From: Auanema rhodensis
Taxonomy: Eukaryota; Animalia; Nematoda
Reading direction: 5' to 3'
Length of the DNA: 64,000 nucleotides
NCBI GenBank assembly: GCA_964057225.1
Contig: OZ059895.1
Coordinates: 9,424,001-9,488,000, forward strand
Shown here piece by piece: positions 26,436-37,260 of the stretch. The notes under the pieces were generated by a model. It was given only the letters and a program-made list of their open reading frames with translations. It was not told where the DNA came from and searched no databases. Made by a program: the position numbers and the translations under genes. The first letter of the stretch is position 1. Each line of letters begins with the position of its first letter.

Positions 26436-26532
26436 ACCCAATCAAAAAGATGCCGCAGCAATAGTGACGGAGAACATTTACAACACGAGCCGAGCGACAA
26501 ACAAACCTGCCCTAAACTATCTTCGAAAATAA
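26194..26532 (+). CDS. Hydrophobic overprinted protein
   Basis: Homologue of 4008-4373. Confidence 0.65.
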   Translation: MQGFNPYVTIISAMLTLFKNMDIWMVFVDVCALIVVKLLEQDSIVSVIFGVFIIIMERMVKMVMEMIPANPLKKLRSLYIKPNQKDAAAIVTENIYNTSRATNKPALNYLRK

Positions 26533-26566
26533 AAATGTGGTCTTGTATAACTGTTGAATAAAACGT

Positions 26567-27424
26567 TTATTTCATATTTTTAACATGTAATGTAACAATT
26601 GTAGAACCATAATTAAATTGCATAGGACGACCAAATTCATCTAAAATTTCAATACGTATGGTATCGAGTGTTTGTCTAGTGATTGGTACATAACGAATAG
26701 GATTAAATGTTTTGGCAATCATTTTACCAAATTCAGTAGGAGGTGGTACAGGTAAACATGCAAGTAAATTAGCTTTCACATTACCAAGAATGGAATATTC
26801 TACAATATCACAATATATATACATTGTATTAATGTTATTTGAAAAATCAATGGGACGCCTGGCTATTATTGTATCGTTAATGTTTTTATTTTCAAAACCA
26901 AGAAAATATGCAAAATCATCACCAAGTGTTGCATTCATTAATTGTCGCTTGCTTGTTACAAACTCTATGCGCTGCAATTTTTTATTAAACTGAAATGTGG
27001 CGTCTGCGAGCATTTCCTCCACTAGCTTAGCCTCAGCCTGGCGATTATTATACCATTTTTTTACATCTTCATCTTTATCTATTAAACTTTTTATACGTGC
27101 TTCTTCCTCAGCTCCAAGAGGCTTTGTATTGTTGGCGATAAATAATTCTCTTCCAGCATTGATTCCGCGTATTATTTCATCACCATTTGCATAGTTGCCT
27201 TTAGGCAAGTGTAGAATAAATTTTCTATTGGAAAAACGTAGTGTATAAGATAATTCTTTTTGAACATTTAATATAGAACAAGGAAAAATGATGTCTGTCA
27301 GCCCAATGCAATATCTATTATTGCGTAGCCTTAGTGTTTCAGGTAATCTGGTAAGAAACACTGATGATGTATTACTTTTTTCAGAGTCAACTGATGATGG
27401 AAGAGTAATGTAAAAATCATCCAT
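26567..27424 (-). CDS. Minor capsid protein, intact
   Basis: 285 aa, homologue of 3134-3991. Confidence 0.85.
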   Translation of the reverse strand: MDDFYITLPSSVDSEKSNTSSVFLTRLPETLRLRNNRYCIGLTDIIFPCSILNVQKELSYTLRFSNRKFILHLPKGNYANGDEIIRGINAGRELFIANNTKPLGAEEEARIKSLIDKDEDVKKWYNNRQAEAKLVEEMLADATFQFNKKLQRIEFVTSKRQLMNATLGDDFAYFLGFENKNINDTIIARRPIDFSNNINTMYIYCDIVEYSILGNVKANLLACLPVPPPTEFGKMIAKTFNPIRYVPITRQTLDTIRIEILDEFGRPMQFNYGSTIVTLHVKNMK

Positions 27425-27503
27425 GACAAACCACCACTTGATACGTGTACACTATTGCAAATGAAATCATTTGCATTTTAGGTACATTTACGAGTGGTTG
27501 ATT

Positions 27504-27904
27504 ATGGTTTTCAGCTTCAAACTACCCAGTCAGACAACTGTAATAGGTGCTACCCAATGCGGTAAAACAACCCTCATAAAGCACATATGTGAAAATACTG
27601 AAAAATTTTTCAACGTCCCCATTGATAGAATATTCTGGTTCAGTCAATGTGGGTCATCGTCAGGTGTACCAATAAATGATGAGCGTTTAATAATCATTCA
27701 AGGGCCGCCTGATCCTGATTTGATAAAAGAACAAAAGGGAGTAAATACTATACTAGTGCTGGATGATTTGATGAACTTTTTTCTCATCGAATAAATCATT
27801 TTTACAGTATGGGCTCATCACTGGAATTTGGCAGTGTTTAATCTTGTGCAAGCGGCATTTCAACTGGACAGGACCAGTCGAATCAATAGTACATATATAA
27901 TACT
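27504..27904 (+). pseudogene. Packaging ATPase, 5' part (split by the nested element)
   Basis: GATQCGKT and LVLDD. Ends at STYIIL and continues as MKSHSD after 43495. Confidence 0.9.
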
Positions 27905-29136
27905 AGTAGAGAGCCGTGCAAAATTTACTAACCACGCCCCCAAACAGCTGTCAAAAACATACTTTTGGGGGGCGTCAGCTGCTAAAAACATACTTTTGGG
28001 GCGCGTCAGCTGTCAAAAACATATTTTTGAGCGTCAGCTGTTAAAATCATATTTTGGGATAATGGTTCATGGATTCTCCTTTTTTAAATTTAAAAATCAT
28101 GATTTAAAGCATGATTTAAATTTTTTTTTTTAAATCAAATTTAAATATGCTTTTTTAAATGTACTTTAAAAATCATGATTTATAGTATGATTTTTTTAAA
28201 AATTAAATTTTAAATTTGTTTTTTCAAATGTATGTATATGTTTTTAATTATTTTTAAATATATTAAGTGAAAATAAAAATTATAAATTTTAAATATATAA
28301 ATTTGTTTTTAAATTTTATTTATTTATCATATTTATTAATAATATTTGTTTACTTTTTGTTTATTTTTTATTGTATTGTGTTTGTACTTTTTTATTTGTA
28401 TTTTGAAGAACAATAAAATTTTTGCATGTATATCGTTTTGTTCACCGTACTTGTTATGGGTAATTCAATGGAACACATATCGAAAGTTAATTCGATAAGA
28501 ACGATATGAAATACCAAAATTTAATGGAACACATATCGAAAGTTAATTCAATAAGAACGATATGAAATACCAAAATTTAATGGAACACATATCGAAGGTT
28601 AATTCGATAAGAACGACATTAAATTATTAATTTTTGAAATTACAAATTGTTATTAATTATATTTATTGTAACAAGTAAAGGTTTCAAATTATAATAAAAG
28701 ATTAGTTTTAAACTTTATTTTACTAATATAACAATACAATAACTAAATAGAGCACACATTGAAGGTGAATACGACGGGATTAACAAACAGTTGCGCTGAC
28801 CTCAATGAAACGCATAAAGTTAATTTAATAAGAAGGAATAACAAAAATTGATCCGACGGGGACAATAAAAACAGATGTATTCAATATGCTTATTTATTTT
28901 AAAGTTTATCGCAACTGCTAGTTTTGACAGCTGTACCTAAATCCATGTTACATAACAAATTACAATGCCAACAGCAATGTGTAGACTGATGTATTCATTA
29001 TATCAAGGTACAATGGCTGCTAATAGGTTGTGTCTTTTTGATTATTTGTTTGTAAACTTTTTCTTTTTTTAGTTATAAACGTTTATGTGAAGAGCTAGGA
29101 TTTGATTATGAAGAGATTAATCAGCTCAGGTAATTT

Positions 29137-29517
29137 TGTCACATCTGCAAGCACATGGTAAACATGTGCGCGCTATTCAAATAGCGAGAGCCTGAACAAG
29201 CCCCGCCCACAACATCGGACACACATGACACTCTTGCTTCTGGCCTAACCCAGATAGGTTGTCTTATAGCCATGTGAGTCTCATCTCTATATCATCTATA
29301 TATATACTTTATTTAATACTTTATTATATCTCTTTATATTCTTTCTTAATGTAATTCTTATATTGTATTTTCTTGTTATCTGATAATGAATCCTTTTCGC
29401 TTTAAGTATTTGTCTTAATAAGGAAATCGGGGCGTACGGGTCTGCCTACCTAAGGAACAAGGTAGAAGTACATATATCTTCCGACCATGAAAAGACGGGA
29501 AGAAACAGTATGTAACG
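29137..29517 (+). mobile_element. 5' LTR of an LTR retrotransposon
   Basis: 381 bp, TGTCACA...TGTAACG. Roughly 96% identical by eye to the solo LTR at 19796-20176. Followed directly by a PBS. Confidence 0.88.
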
Positions 29518-29530
29518 TGGAGGTTCCACC
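29518..29530 (+). promoter_or_regulatory. Primer-binding site, tRNA-Gln
   Basis: TGGAGGTTCCACC is the reverse complement of the eukaryotic tRNA-Gln 3' end (GGTGGAACCT-CCA). It lies immediately after the LTR. Confidence 0.85.
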
Positions 29531-30218
29531 TTGCTTACTTTACTGTTAATTTATTGACAGCAAGTTTACGAGACTTTTGGACTTAATTACCCAACAGTGA
29601 GGAGTAACCGAGCCGTGCACCATTATTTCCCCAAAAATTATTTTGGCTACCACTTCTCCTCCGCTCAACAAAAACTGGGAGGTGTCTGAGACGTTTGGGG
29701 AAACTATCAGACAATAGTTTTGACGAGCGTTACCTTTTTGTTATGCACGCGTGCTATTTTGATTTATTACTTTATGATGTGAATGTCCAGTGTGGCAACA
29801 GAGCTCACTTTTTAGCTGAGTTATTTGGAAGCTGGAGGCTGTTGGGATAATTTTATTTACGATTTTTGATTTTGATTCACATCCAAGGGTTCATCAGGGT
29901 TCCACTCCTGTTAACTCTTTTCTTATTAGTTCAGAGATAATAAGAACATTTAAATTCCTACCCACCCAAGTCCACCTTACGTCTGCCAACGTTTCCTTTT
30001 TCCTATATTATTGACAGATTACTGAATTTAAATTCCTATATCAATCTTAAATTGTCTTCTAAATCTTTTGAAATTAAAATAAAAATTATCTTTAATTACA
30101 CACACACTCGACTGGTCGACCGTTTAGGTTGTCTTGTCGTTGTCGTAGGGTAGCTTGAGGGTTAATATCTGTCTTCTGCCTCGTTGCGCACTCGTTTCCC
30201 CTTGGGAATCGTACCGCG

Positions 30219-31379
30219 ATGATGGAGTTGACCAACTTCTTCATCTGTGATGAAGAACACCCTATTTCTACCTGGACGAAAGAAAATTACGAACATGCTA
30301 TTGCTGAATTGGTCCAAAAAATCAAGTTAGGTCCAGACGACGTTCACTTTGACCATGTCACAAGTGAACCTTTCCTTAAACGTCTAACCTTACTTGCTGC
30401 GAGCGACCTACGCAAAAAACTATGCAATTCTTCCCGTCTTACCATCCGACTGAAACAACGATTGTCGGATGAAGAACTTTCTTACCTCAATGAAAATTTT
30501 TCGATGTTTAACATTGAAGTTGCTGGTAACGATCGAGGTCCGCATTACGAACTACGTGCCCTACGAACCATCTTGGGTCATTATATACGTTACCAGCTGA
30601 TTGAAACATCAATCGGAAACAATAACATCCAATTGTCAAAAAAGTACCACGTTTTGCTAAAGGATATAGGAAGTAATCCGTTACAACTTATAAACTCTGG
30701 TTGGACTTCTTTTCATTCTTGTAGCCCAGTTGTCAATGCAGCAGATATTCATCGTAACTGTTCGCAAAATACCCAGCTACAACGTATTCTTGACTTTGAC
30801 CCTGAAATGTTGGAAGTAAGAACTAAAATTTCCGATAGGATTCTGAAAGGAGATCAAATGTACACTTGTAAGAACATGTCGCAACATTGTCAGATAACAG
30901 CCCCATACATGACGTTTATCCACTCCATTTACGATATTTCCCCGGCTGATTTGTTGAAAATGTTAGAAAATACCAATGTGAAGAAGGCGTCCGGAGTAAT
31001 TTTATTTGATCCGATCGTTTTGTTCCAACAATCGGGAAAATTTTCGGAACTAACAGGAGTAAATTTTACTCGATACAAATCACACGGCGTTCAGTGGATA
31101 AAATTTCATTTCGACAACGATTCTCAAGATTCATATATTCATCGTTGGGACACGTACATTGCTATAATTGTATCGTTTGCGATGAGATCGCTTTCCACGG
31201 ACACAATGTACTCAATAATGTGTGCATTGTACATTCGCAATCATCTTGTATTTGATGTTGTCAGAAGCGACTATACTTTACCTAAACATAACGTGTCACG
31301 ATGCCTTCCGTTTGTGTCGCCCACAAACAAATTTTTACTTATGAGCCGTGTGATACAACAATATATGGATATAAAGTAG
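30219..31379 (+). pseudogene. Endogenous (+)RNA virus replicase, part 1: alphavirus-supergroup methyl/guanylyltransferase
   Basis: Motifs GPHYELRALR (His), KDIGSN, HSCSP..NAADIHR, CKN.SQHC and HSIYDI, as in virga/nege/kita-like capping enzymes. Intronless, with higher GC than the flanks. Confidence 0.88.
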
Positions 31380-32795
31380 TCATTGTTCCGATATATAATA
31401 ATTTATTTGAAAGAGTTTTATCCTATGCAATGATGGCTCCGGAAGAGAAATTCACATTTAGACAAGTGTTTACCATCGCTGGTTCGATGAATGTCCGAAC
31501 AATTATTAACGGTCAAACGGTTGAAAGTCGCCAACAACATTCGTATCGCGAATTGTTGTTAATTTCAGTAGCGGCGTATGCGACGGTATATTACGATAGG
31601 TACCAAACGTCACAGACAACACGAGAATTCACCGATTCAGCTTCTGATGGCCGTCACAGTATCCTTAGACGTATAGTCTCCCCTACATTTTATTCCGGAC
31701 TAAAGAGAATAACTCAGACGCATACTGTAGAACTGATGTCCGAAGACTGTAACAAATTTTCCTCTAAGGAAAAGTTAGATCCACTTGAGTTATCTGCCGG
31801 AGACACATTTATTGATAAGATAGTTGACTATCTTTGTACCGACAAAGGAGCATTTCCAATTAAAACTGCTGAACTTCTCGATTACGTTGAGTTTTCTGAC
31901 GTTATCCCTGAGGTGATCAGAGATGATACTACTCTCCTTGAAGATGATCCATGCGTGAAATTAATTTTTCCAGATTCTATCAACCCGACGGTCGTGAAAC
32001 CGAAGTTGCTTCCAGATATACACATTCCGGTACACAAAGTTGTTAACCCAACTGTCATCTCTTGCAATATTACATCTTGTGCCGAAGATTTGGAGACCGT
32101 TCCAACACCGGGTGATGGAGACTGTTTATATCATTCTCTTAGATTATCAGGTGCAACGAATGATTCGGTCGTTGTCATCAAACGTAAACTTGCGTCATCA
32201 GACAAAGCAACGCCAGAGCAAGCTAAACGGCTACTAAGTGCAGGATCTTGTATCGACGAGGAAACTTGGGGTACCTCAGATGACGTACCATTATTTTGCG
32301 GCGCCTATAATGTGGCTGTCTGTTTACATTCGTCAAACGGAAGTTGTATTTTGTATAAACCTGAATATTATACTTCAGACAAGCCTGTGTACCACATCGT
32401 TCATACGGTTAACCACTTCTCCGCGCTTGAAAAGAAAAGACCAAGTTCTAATGGTGTACAACTATCGAAGATATCCGATAATGTTCAAACCGGTGATTAT
32501 CCCACACAGCGAGTGAACGATTTAACAAAAGCGTACGGGACGTTTTTTGAATCCCTTCCAGCAGTCGTATATCGCAGACTAAAAGACGTAATATGTCCAA
32601 CCCACCCTTTAGAGAAAGGAGGCTTTGTTTGTAGATCCGCCATAAAACTATGTGAGTTATACGCTTTAGGGAGTATTGACCTCTATCACGATAAAATCTT
32701 TGATTTATGTAGCGGTCCGGGCGGATTCATTGAATTCGTACTTCAAAATTCTGCAGCCGATATACACACACTGTATGGAACAATTCCCGTGCAGC
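31301..32795 (+). pseudogene. Endogenous (+)RNA virus replicase, part 2: OTU-like protease + truncated FtsJ/RrmJ 2'-O-methyltransferase
   Basis: OTU: TPGDGDCLYHSL...WGTSDD...HTVNHFSAL. FtsJ: CRSAIKLCEL...IFDLCSGPGGF. Joins Maverick mCP sequence at 32796. Confidence 0.85.
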
Positions 32796-33380
32796 GAAAT
32801 AATACGCGGAATCAATGCTGAAGAGAATCATTTATCGCCAACAATACAAAGCCTCTTGGAGCTGAGGAAGAAAAACGTATAAAAAGTTTAATAGATAAAG
32901 ATGAAGATGTAAAAAAGTGGTATAATAATCGCCAGGCTGAGGCTAAGCTAGTGGAGGAAATGCTCGCAGACGCCACATTTCAGTTTAACAAAACATTGCA
33001 GCGCATAGAGTTTGTAACAAGTAAGCGGCTATTGTTGAATGCAACACTCGGTGATGCTCTCGCATATTTTCTTGGTTTTGAAAATAAAAACATCAACGAT
33101 ACAATAATAGCCAGGCGCCCCATTGATTTTTCAAATAACATTAATACAATGTATATATATTGTGATATTGTAAGCTAATTTACTTGCATGTTTACCTGTA
33201 CCACCTCCTACTGAATTTGGTAAAATGATTGCCAAAACATTTAATCCTATTCGTTATGTACCAATCACTAGACAAACACTCGATACCATACGTATTGAAA
33301 TTTTAGATGAATTTGGTCGTCCTATGCAATTTAATTATGGTTCTACAGTTGTTACATTGCATGTTAAAAATATGAAATAA
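32796..33380 (+). pseudogene. 5'-truncated minor capsid gene
   Basis: Resumes at GAAATAATACGCGG (EIIRG). Small deletion at ~33172. Confidence 0.88.
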
Positions 33381-33385
33381 ACGTT

Positions 33386-33850
33386 TTATTCAACAGTTAT
33401 ACAATACCACATTTTTATTTTCGAAGGTTTAAAAGATAGTTTAGGGCAGTTTTGTTTGTCGCTTGGCTCGTGTTGTGAATGTTCTCCGTCACTATTGCTG
33501 CGGCATCTTTTTGATTGGGTTGAATGTACAAACTCCTCAGCTTTTTCAAAGGGTTTGCTGGTATCATTTCCATCACCATCTTCACCATTCGTTCCATTAT
33601 TATTATGAATACGCCGAATATGACGCTCACAATTGAATCTTGTTCCAAAAGTTTCACTACAATGAGGGCACAAACGTCTACGAACACCATCCAAATGTCC
33701 ATATTTTTGAATAAAGTCAGCATTGCTGATATAATTGTTACATATGGGTTGAATCCCTGCATGCCTTTTCGAAACGTGATCACTAAAATGCTTGGTTGAA
33801 GAAAATATTTCCTTGCATGTACCACAATATTTGTTACATAAAAGTTCCAT
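33386..33850 (-). CDS. Two-C2H2 zinc-finger protein (longer C-terminus)
   Basis: Homologue of 26106-26435. Confidence 0.72.
   Translation of the reverse strand: MELLCNKYCGTCKEIFSSTKHFSDHVSKRHAGIQPICNNYISNADFIQKYGHLDGVRRRLCPHCSETFGTRFNCERHIRRIHNNNGTNGEDGDGNDTSKPFEKAEEFVHSTQSKRCRSNSDGEHSQHEPSDKQNCPKLSFKPSKIKMWYCITVE
33415..33762 (-). CDS. Hydrophobic overprinted protein
   Basis: Homologue of 26194-26532. Confidence 0.65.
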   Translation of the reverse strand: MQGFNPYVTIISAMLTLFKNMDIWMVFVDVCALIVVKLLEQDSIVSVIFGVFIIIMERMVKMVMEMIPANPLKKLRSLYIQPNQKDAAAIVTENIHNTSQATNKTALNYLLNLRK

Positions 33851-33891
33851 TAGAGGAAAATGAAAAACGACCACACGCAATCAACCCACTT

Positions 33892-34062
33892 TTATATAAT
33901 GAGCAATAATATGACTAGTGTTGTACAAAAGCCCAATCCCAATGCTATACCTTTAATAAATGGCACTGAAATACATTTCAACATTCTCCTGTATAAAGGC
34001 GCTGGTTTAGATTGCTCCAACGTGTATTTGACACATAATTCACAGTGACAAGGAATATTCAT
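33892..34062 (-). CDS. 56-aa CxCxxC microprotein with hydrophobic C-terminus
   Basis: MNIPCHCELCVKY...GIALGLGFCTTLVILLLII. Confidence 0.65.
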   Translation of the reverse strand: MNIPCHCELCVKYTLEQSKPAPLYRRMLKCISVPFIKGIALGLGFCTTLVILLLII

Positions 34063-34103
34063 AACTGACCACGTAATGTAGCAGGTTATTAATGACAAAT
34101 TTC

Positions 34104-34560
34104 TTATATAGTAGCCAATTTATAGTCGAATACTTTATGCATAAACGCTTTAATAAAGACATCATCATTTTTCAATAGTTTAAAAAAATGAACAAATGCT
34201 TTCAAATGAATTACCAGCCGACAACATTAGTATTACAAATACCACATAGCCACCACAAGTGTATTCAATTATGCGTTGTGGTTTGCATGTATTAATTTTT
34301 ACCTTTTTATATTTGGCCAGATAATTTTGAAAGTACTTGTTCATTTTATATCCCAAGCTACAGAAAAAATAGGCTTGCTTGTTACGGACAAAGATGACCT
34401 GCCAATGTGTGCCTGGCTTATCATGTGTGTCAGTATTTACGACAAGTGCAAAGTTTTTACGACGCGTTTTGGGTGGAGTATCAGCGCTATATACACCGAG
34501 AAATAGTTTCCGAGTGCTGGGGACAGATTGCAATAGTGATACTATTTCAGACGAATACAT
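34104..34560 (-). pseudogene. Adenain-like protease, late frameshift
   Basis: PGTHW and YTCGGY present. Stop at 34180 after a poly-T indel. Confidence 0.88.
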
Positions 34561-34611
34561 TTTAGTAGAATGATCTAGTGTAACTTTTGTATTGCGCGCG
34601 TGCGGTTCGAT

Positions 34612-35073
34612 ATGCCGCACCTCCTTTTGGATGTCAACTCTATTCAATGGACAACACTTTTAAATCAACAAATGGGTGGCGCCCCATTTAGCGGAATGAT
34701 GTTTCAACGTGGAATGCAGAGGGGTCATGGTTTGGGTGGTATTTTGGCAACTTTGGCATCATTTCTGCCACGCATCATTCAATCACCTATAGCCCAAAAT
34801 CTCATCAATGCCGGAAGAAACGCCTTATCCAGTGCTGTAAGCAATAGTCCAGTTGTAAATTCACCTCTTGGCGGACAGTTGCTGAAAACTGGTAATGAAA
34901 TTGTCGATGGGGTGCTGAAAGGCGATAATATCAAGGAAACTCTTGAAACAGCCGGCCGACAAGCTATACGAGATCTTACCGGCTTGGGCAAACGGCGACG
35001 ACGCAAAACCACAAAACCTCATAAGCGGTTGTGCATCACTCGTGAGCGTTTCACATTTAAATGGCTAAATTGA
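34612..35073 (+). CDS. Basic core precursor protein
   Basis: Homologue of 5228-5680. A small 3' deletion alters the last codons. Confidence 0.7.
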   Translation: MPHLLLDVNSIQWTTLLNQQMGGAPFSGMMFQRGMQRGHGLGGILATLASFLPRIIQSPIAQNLINAGRNALSSAVSNSPVVNSPLGGQLLKTGNEIVDGVLKGDNIKETLETAGRQAIRDLTGLGKRRRRKTTKPHKRLCITRERFTFKWLN

Positions 35074-36397
35074 TAGATTCAAAATCAGCACAAGCCCTTT
35101 TACCTAATATCAACTATGGTGATATACCAGCGTCGGCATCAGGTGTAGAGTCTACTCGTACTGTACAAGTCCCTTTGAAAAATACTTTTCTTCCTCAAGG
35201 ACCATGGGAATTTGTTATAGCTCAAAATTTCAAATCATTCCTCAATCTGAGAAGATGTTGGTTGAATGTAAAATTTAAAATTGTAACCACAAACGGTGAT
35301 CCAGTACCAGACAACCTTGTTTTTGCACCATGTCAACAATTTGCTGCCAGTTTAATACATTCGTATCATTTAAAAATTGGCGATGTTAGCGTGTATGACT
35401 CTACCGTGAATCATGCCTATAAAACATATATCGAGAATATTTTAATGTATAGCAACGATGTTAAAGAGAGCAAACTTGCCATATCAGGCTATTATGCTGA
35501 TAGATATATATATATAATGCATCCAGTGCTGGATTTAGAACGCGTCAAACGCTTGTAAAAAATGGCATATTGTGTGAGATGGCTGCTCCCGTCAGTATCG
35601 ACCTATTTAATCAAGAGCGACTGTTTGTAAACTATTCAAAAATGGAGCTTACTGCATATCCAAACCGTGATAACTTTTTAATTGACACTCTAGGCTGGAA
35701 TAATGAAAACAAGGATACTACATTAAAGGAGGAGTTTCCAAATTTGAAAGTAGATATCAGCGATGTACATTTGCTCATGCAAGAGTTTGATATAAACGCT
35801 GGATTAGCTATGGCTATAGAAGATAAACTCGCAAAGGATCGAATACACTACCTCATGACATCAGTGAAAATGCGCTCTTATTTCATAGAAGGAGGCCGCT
35901 TGGATTCACCTAATAATATATTATTCACGTCTCATACACCGAAACGTGTTGTAGTAGGTCTTGTTGGCGCACACGCCTATAATGGTACTTTTAAACATTC
36001 GCCATTCAACTTTAAACCGTTTGATTTGAAAAATATATACTTGACGCTCAACAATAGGGTAATACCTACCCGTCCTTATAATTTAGAATGGCGATCTTCC
36101 TATGCCACAGCATATATTGACATGCTCGAAGGTTTGGGACTTGGTCGTACAGATTCATCCAATGGTATTACACCAGCAATGTATAAAGCTGGTTTCACAT
36201 TTTTTGTATTTGATATTTCTCCTACTGTGCATTCGTCAGAGTTATTTGATGTTATACGACAAGGTAATGTAGCCTTGAAATTGGAATTTGGTCAACAAAC
36301 GCCGCAAGAGGGTTTATATGCTATTGTTTATGCAGAATATGACTCTATTCTTTCAATTGACAACAATCGTGCTCCATATATTGATACCAGTTTGTAA
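35061..36397 (+). pseudogene. Major capsid protein, frameshift in an AT dinucleotide run at ~35505-35516
   Basis: ORFs 35061..35558 and 35570..36397 are collinear with the intact MCP. Confidence 0.9.
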
Positions 36398-37260
36398 TGT
36401 ATGTAATAAACTTTTTAAAACATTTGATGAGAAGAATAAAATTTATTAATACAACTATACATAAAAATCTATAAATACAACCATATACAAATATACACGC
36501 AATAATAAAATTTATAAATTCAAATATACTAAAAATTATTCACAATAACCATAAGGTAAAGTACTAAAATCGTCTAGATAACAAAGTTTATCCATTACGA
36601 CCTTGGTACTCTTTGTCATGTCCATCGTGGATATGGAACCAAGCTGCCTCTTTAATAACGTTGTATTGGTTTTTGAAACCAATTTTTCTCCATCCATCAC
36701 GAGTCCTCGAACCAATCGCTCCATACTTTGATAGTTTACCACGGTGGCTGCCGTGTGGTCCAGCGTCTGTAATTTTAAAAGTTTCTCAATAATATATTTT
36801 TTATACTTTACCAGCTGCATTTACTAGCTCATAACTATAAAGTTTTGCAGCTGGTGAAACAAATTTGGTCATTGACCAACCATCGGGTATTTCTGAGGTT
36901 AGTTTACCTAACCATTCACCCTTCATATCCTCAATTGGATCAGGCTGATCGAGGCATTTTAAATAAATTAGAAAATCGGTGTCTAAATGATATACGTTTA
37001 AATTGTTTACAAAGTATAAAATTACCTGTATACACCAAGGGCTTATATGCAATTGTTTATGCAAAGTATGACTCTATTCTTTCAATTGACAACAATCGTG
37101 CTCCATATATTGATACCAGTTTGTAATGTATGTAATAAATTCTTTAAAAGATTTAAGAATAAAATTTATTAATACAACTATTTTTAAAAAATACATGTAC
37201 AATGATAAAATTTTATAAATACAAATATATACAAGATAAAAATTTATAAATTCAAATATA

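Noticed and set aside
27828-28133. ORFs containing VESRAKFTNHAPKQ... (also 21823, 43357) and repetitive ORFs at 14531 and 52109
   Set aside because: These are read-through into TIR repeats, not real proteins.
29531-30097. gag remnant after the PBS
   Set aside because: No ORF of 60 aa or more and no CCHC motif; treated as a non-coding leader.
31301-31379. Programmed ribosomal frameshift between the two viral ORFs
   Set aside because: No clear slippery heptamer with downstream structure. Related replicases are contiguous here, so a post-integration indel or sequencing error is more likely.
32620-32795. Host rRNA/tRNA FtsJ methyltransferase gene
   Set aside because: It is intronless and in frame with the OTU domain, downstream of a viral capping MTase.
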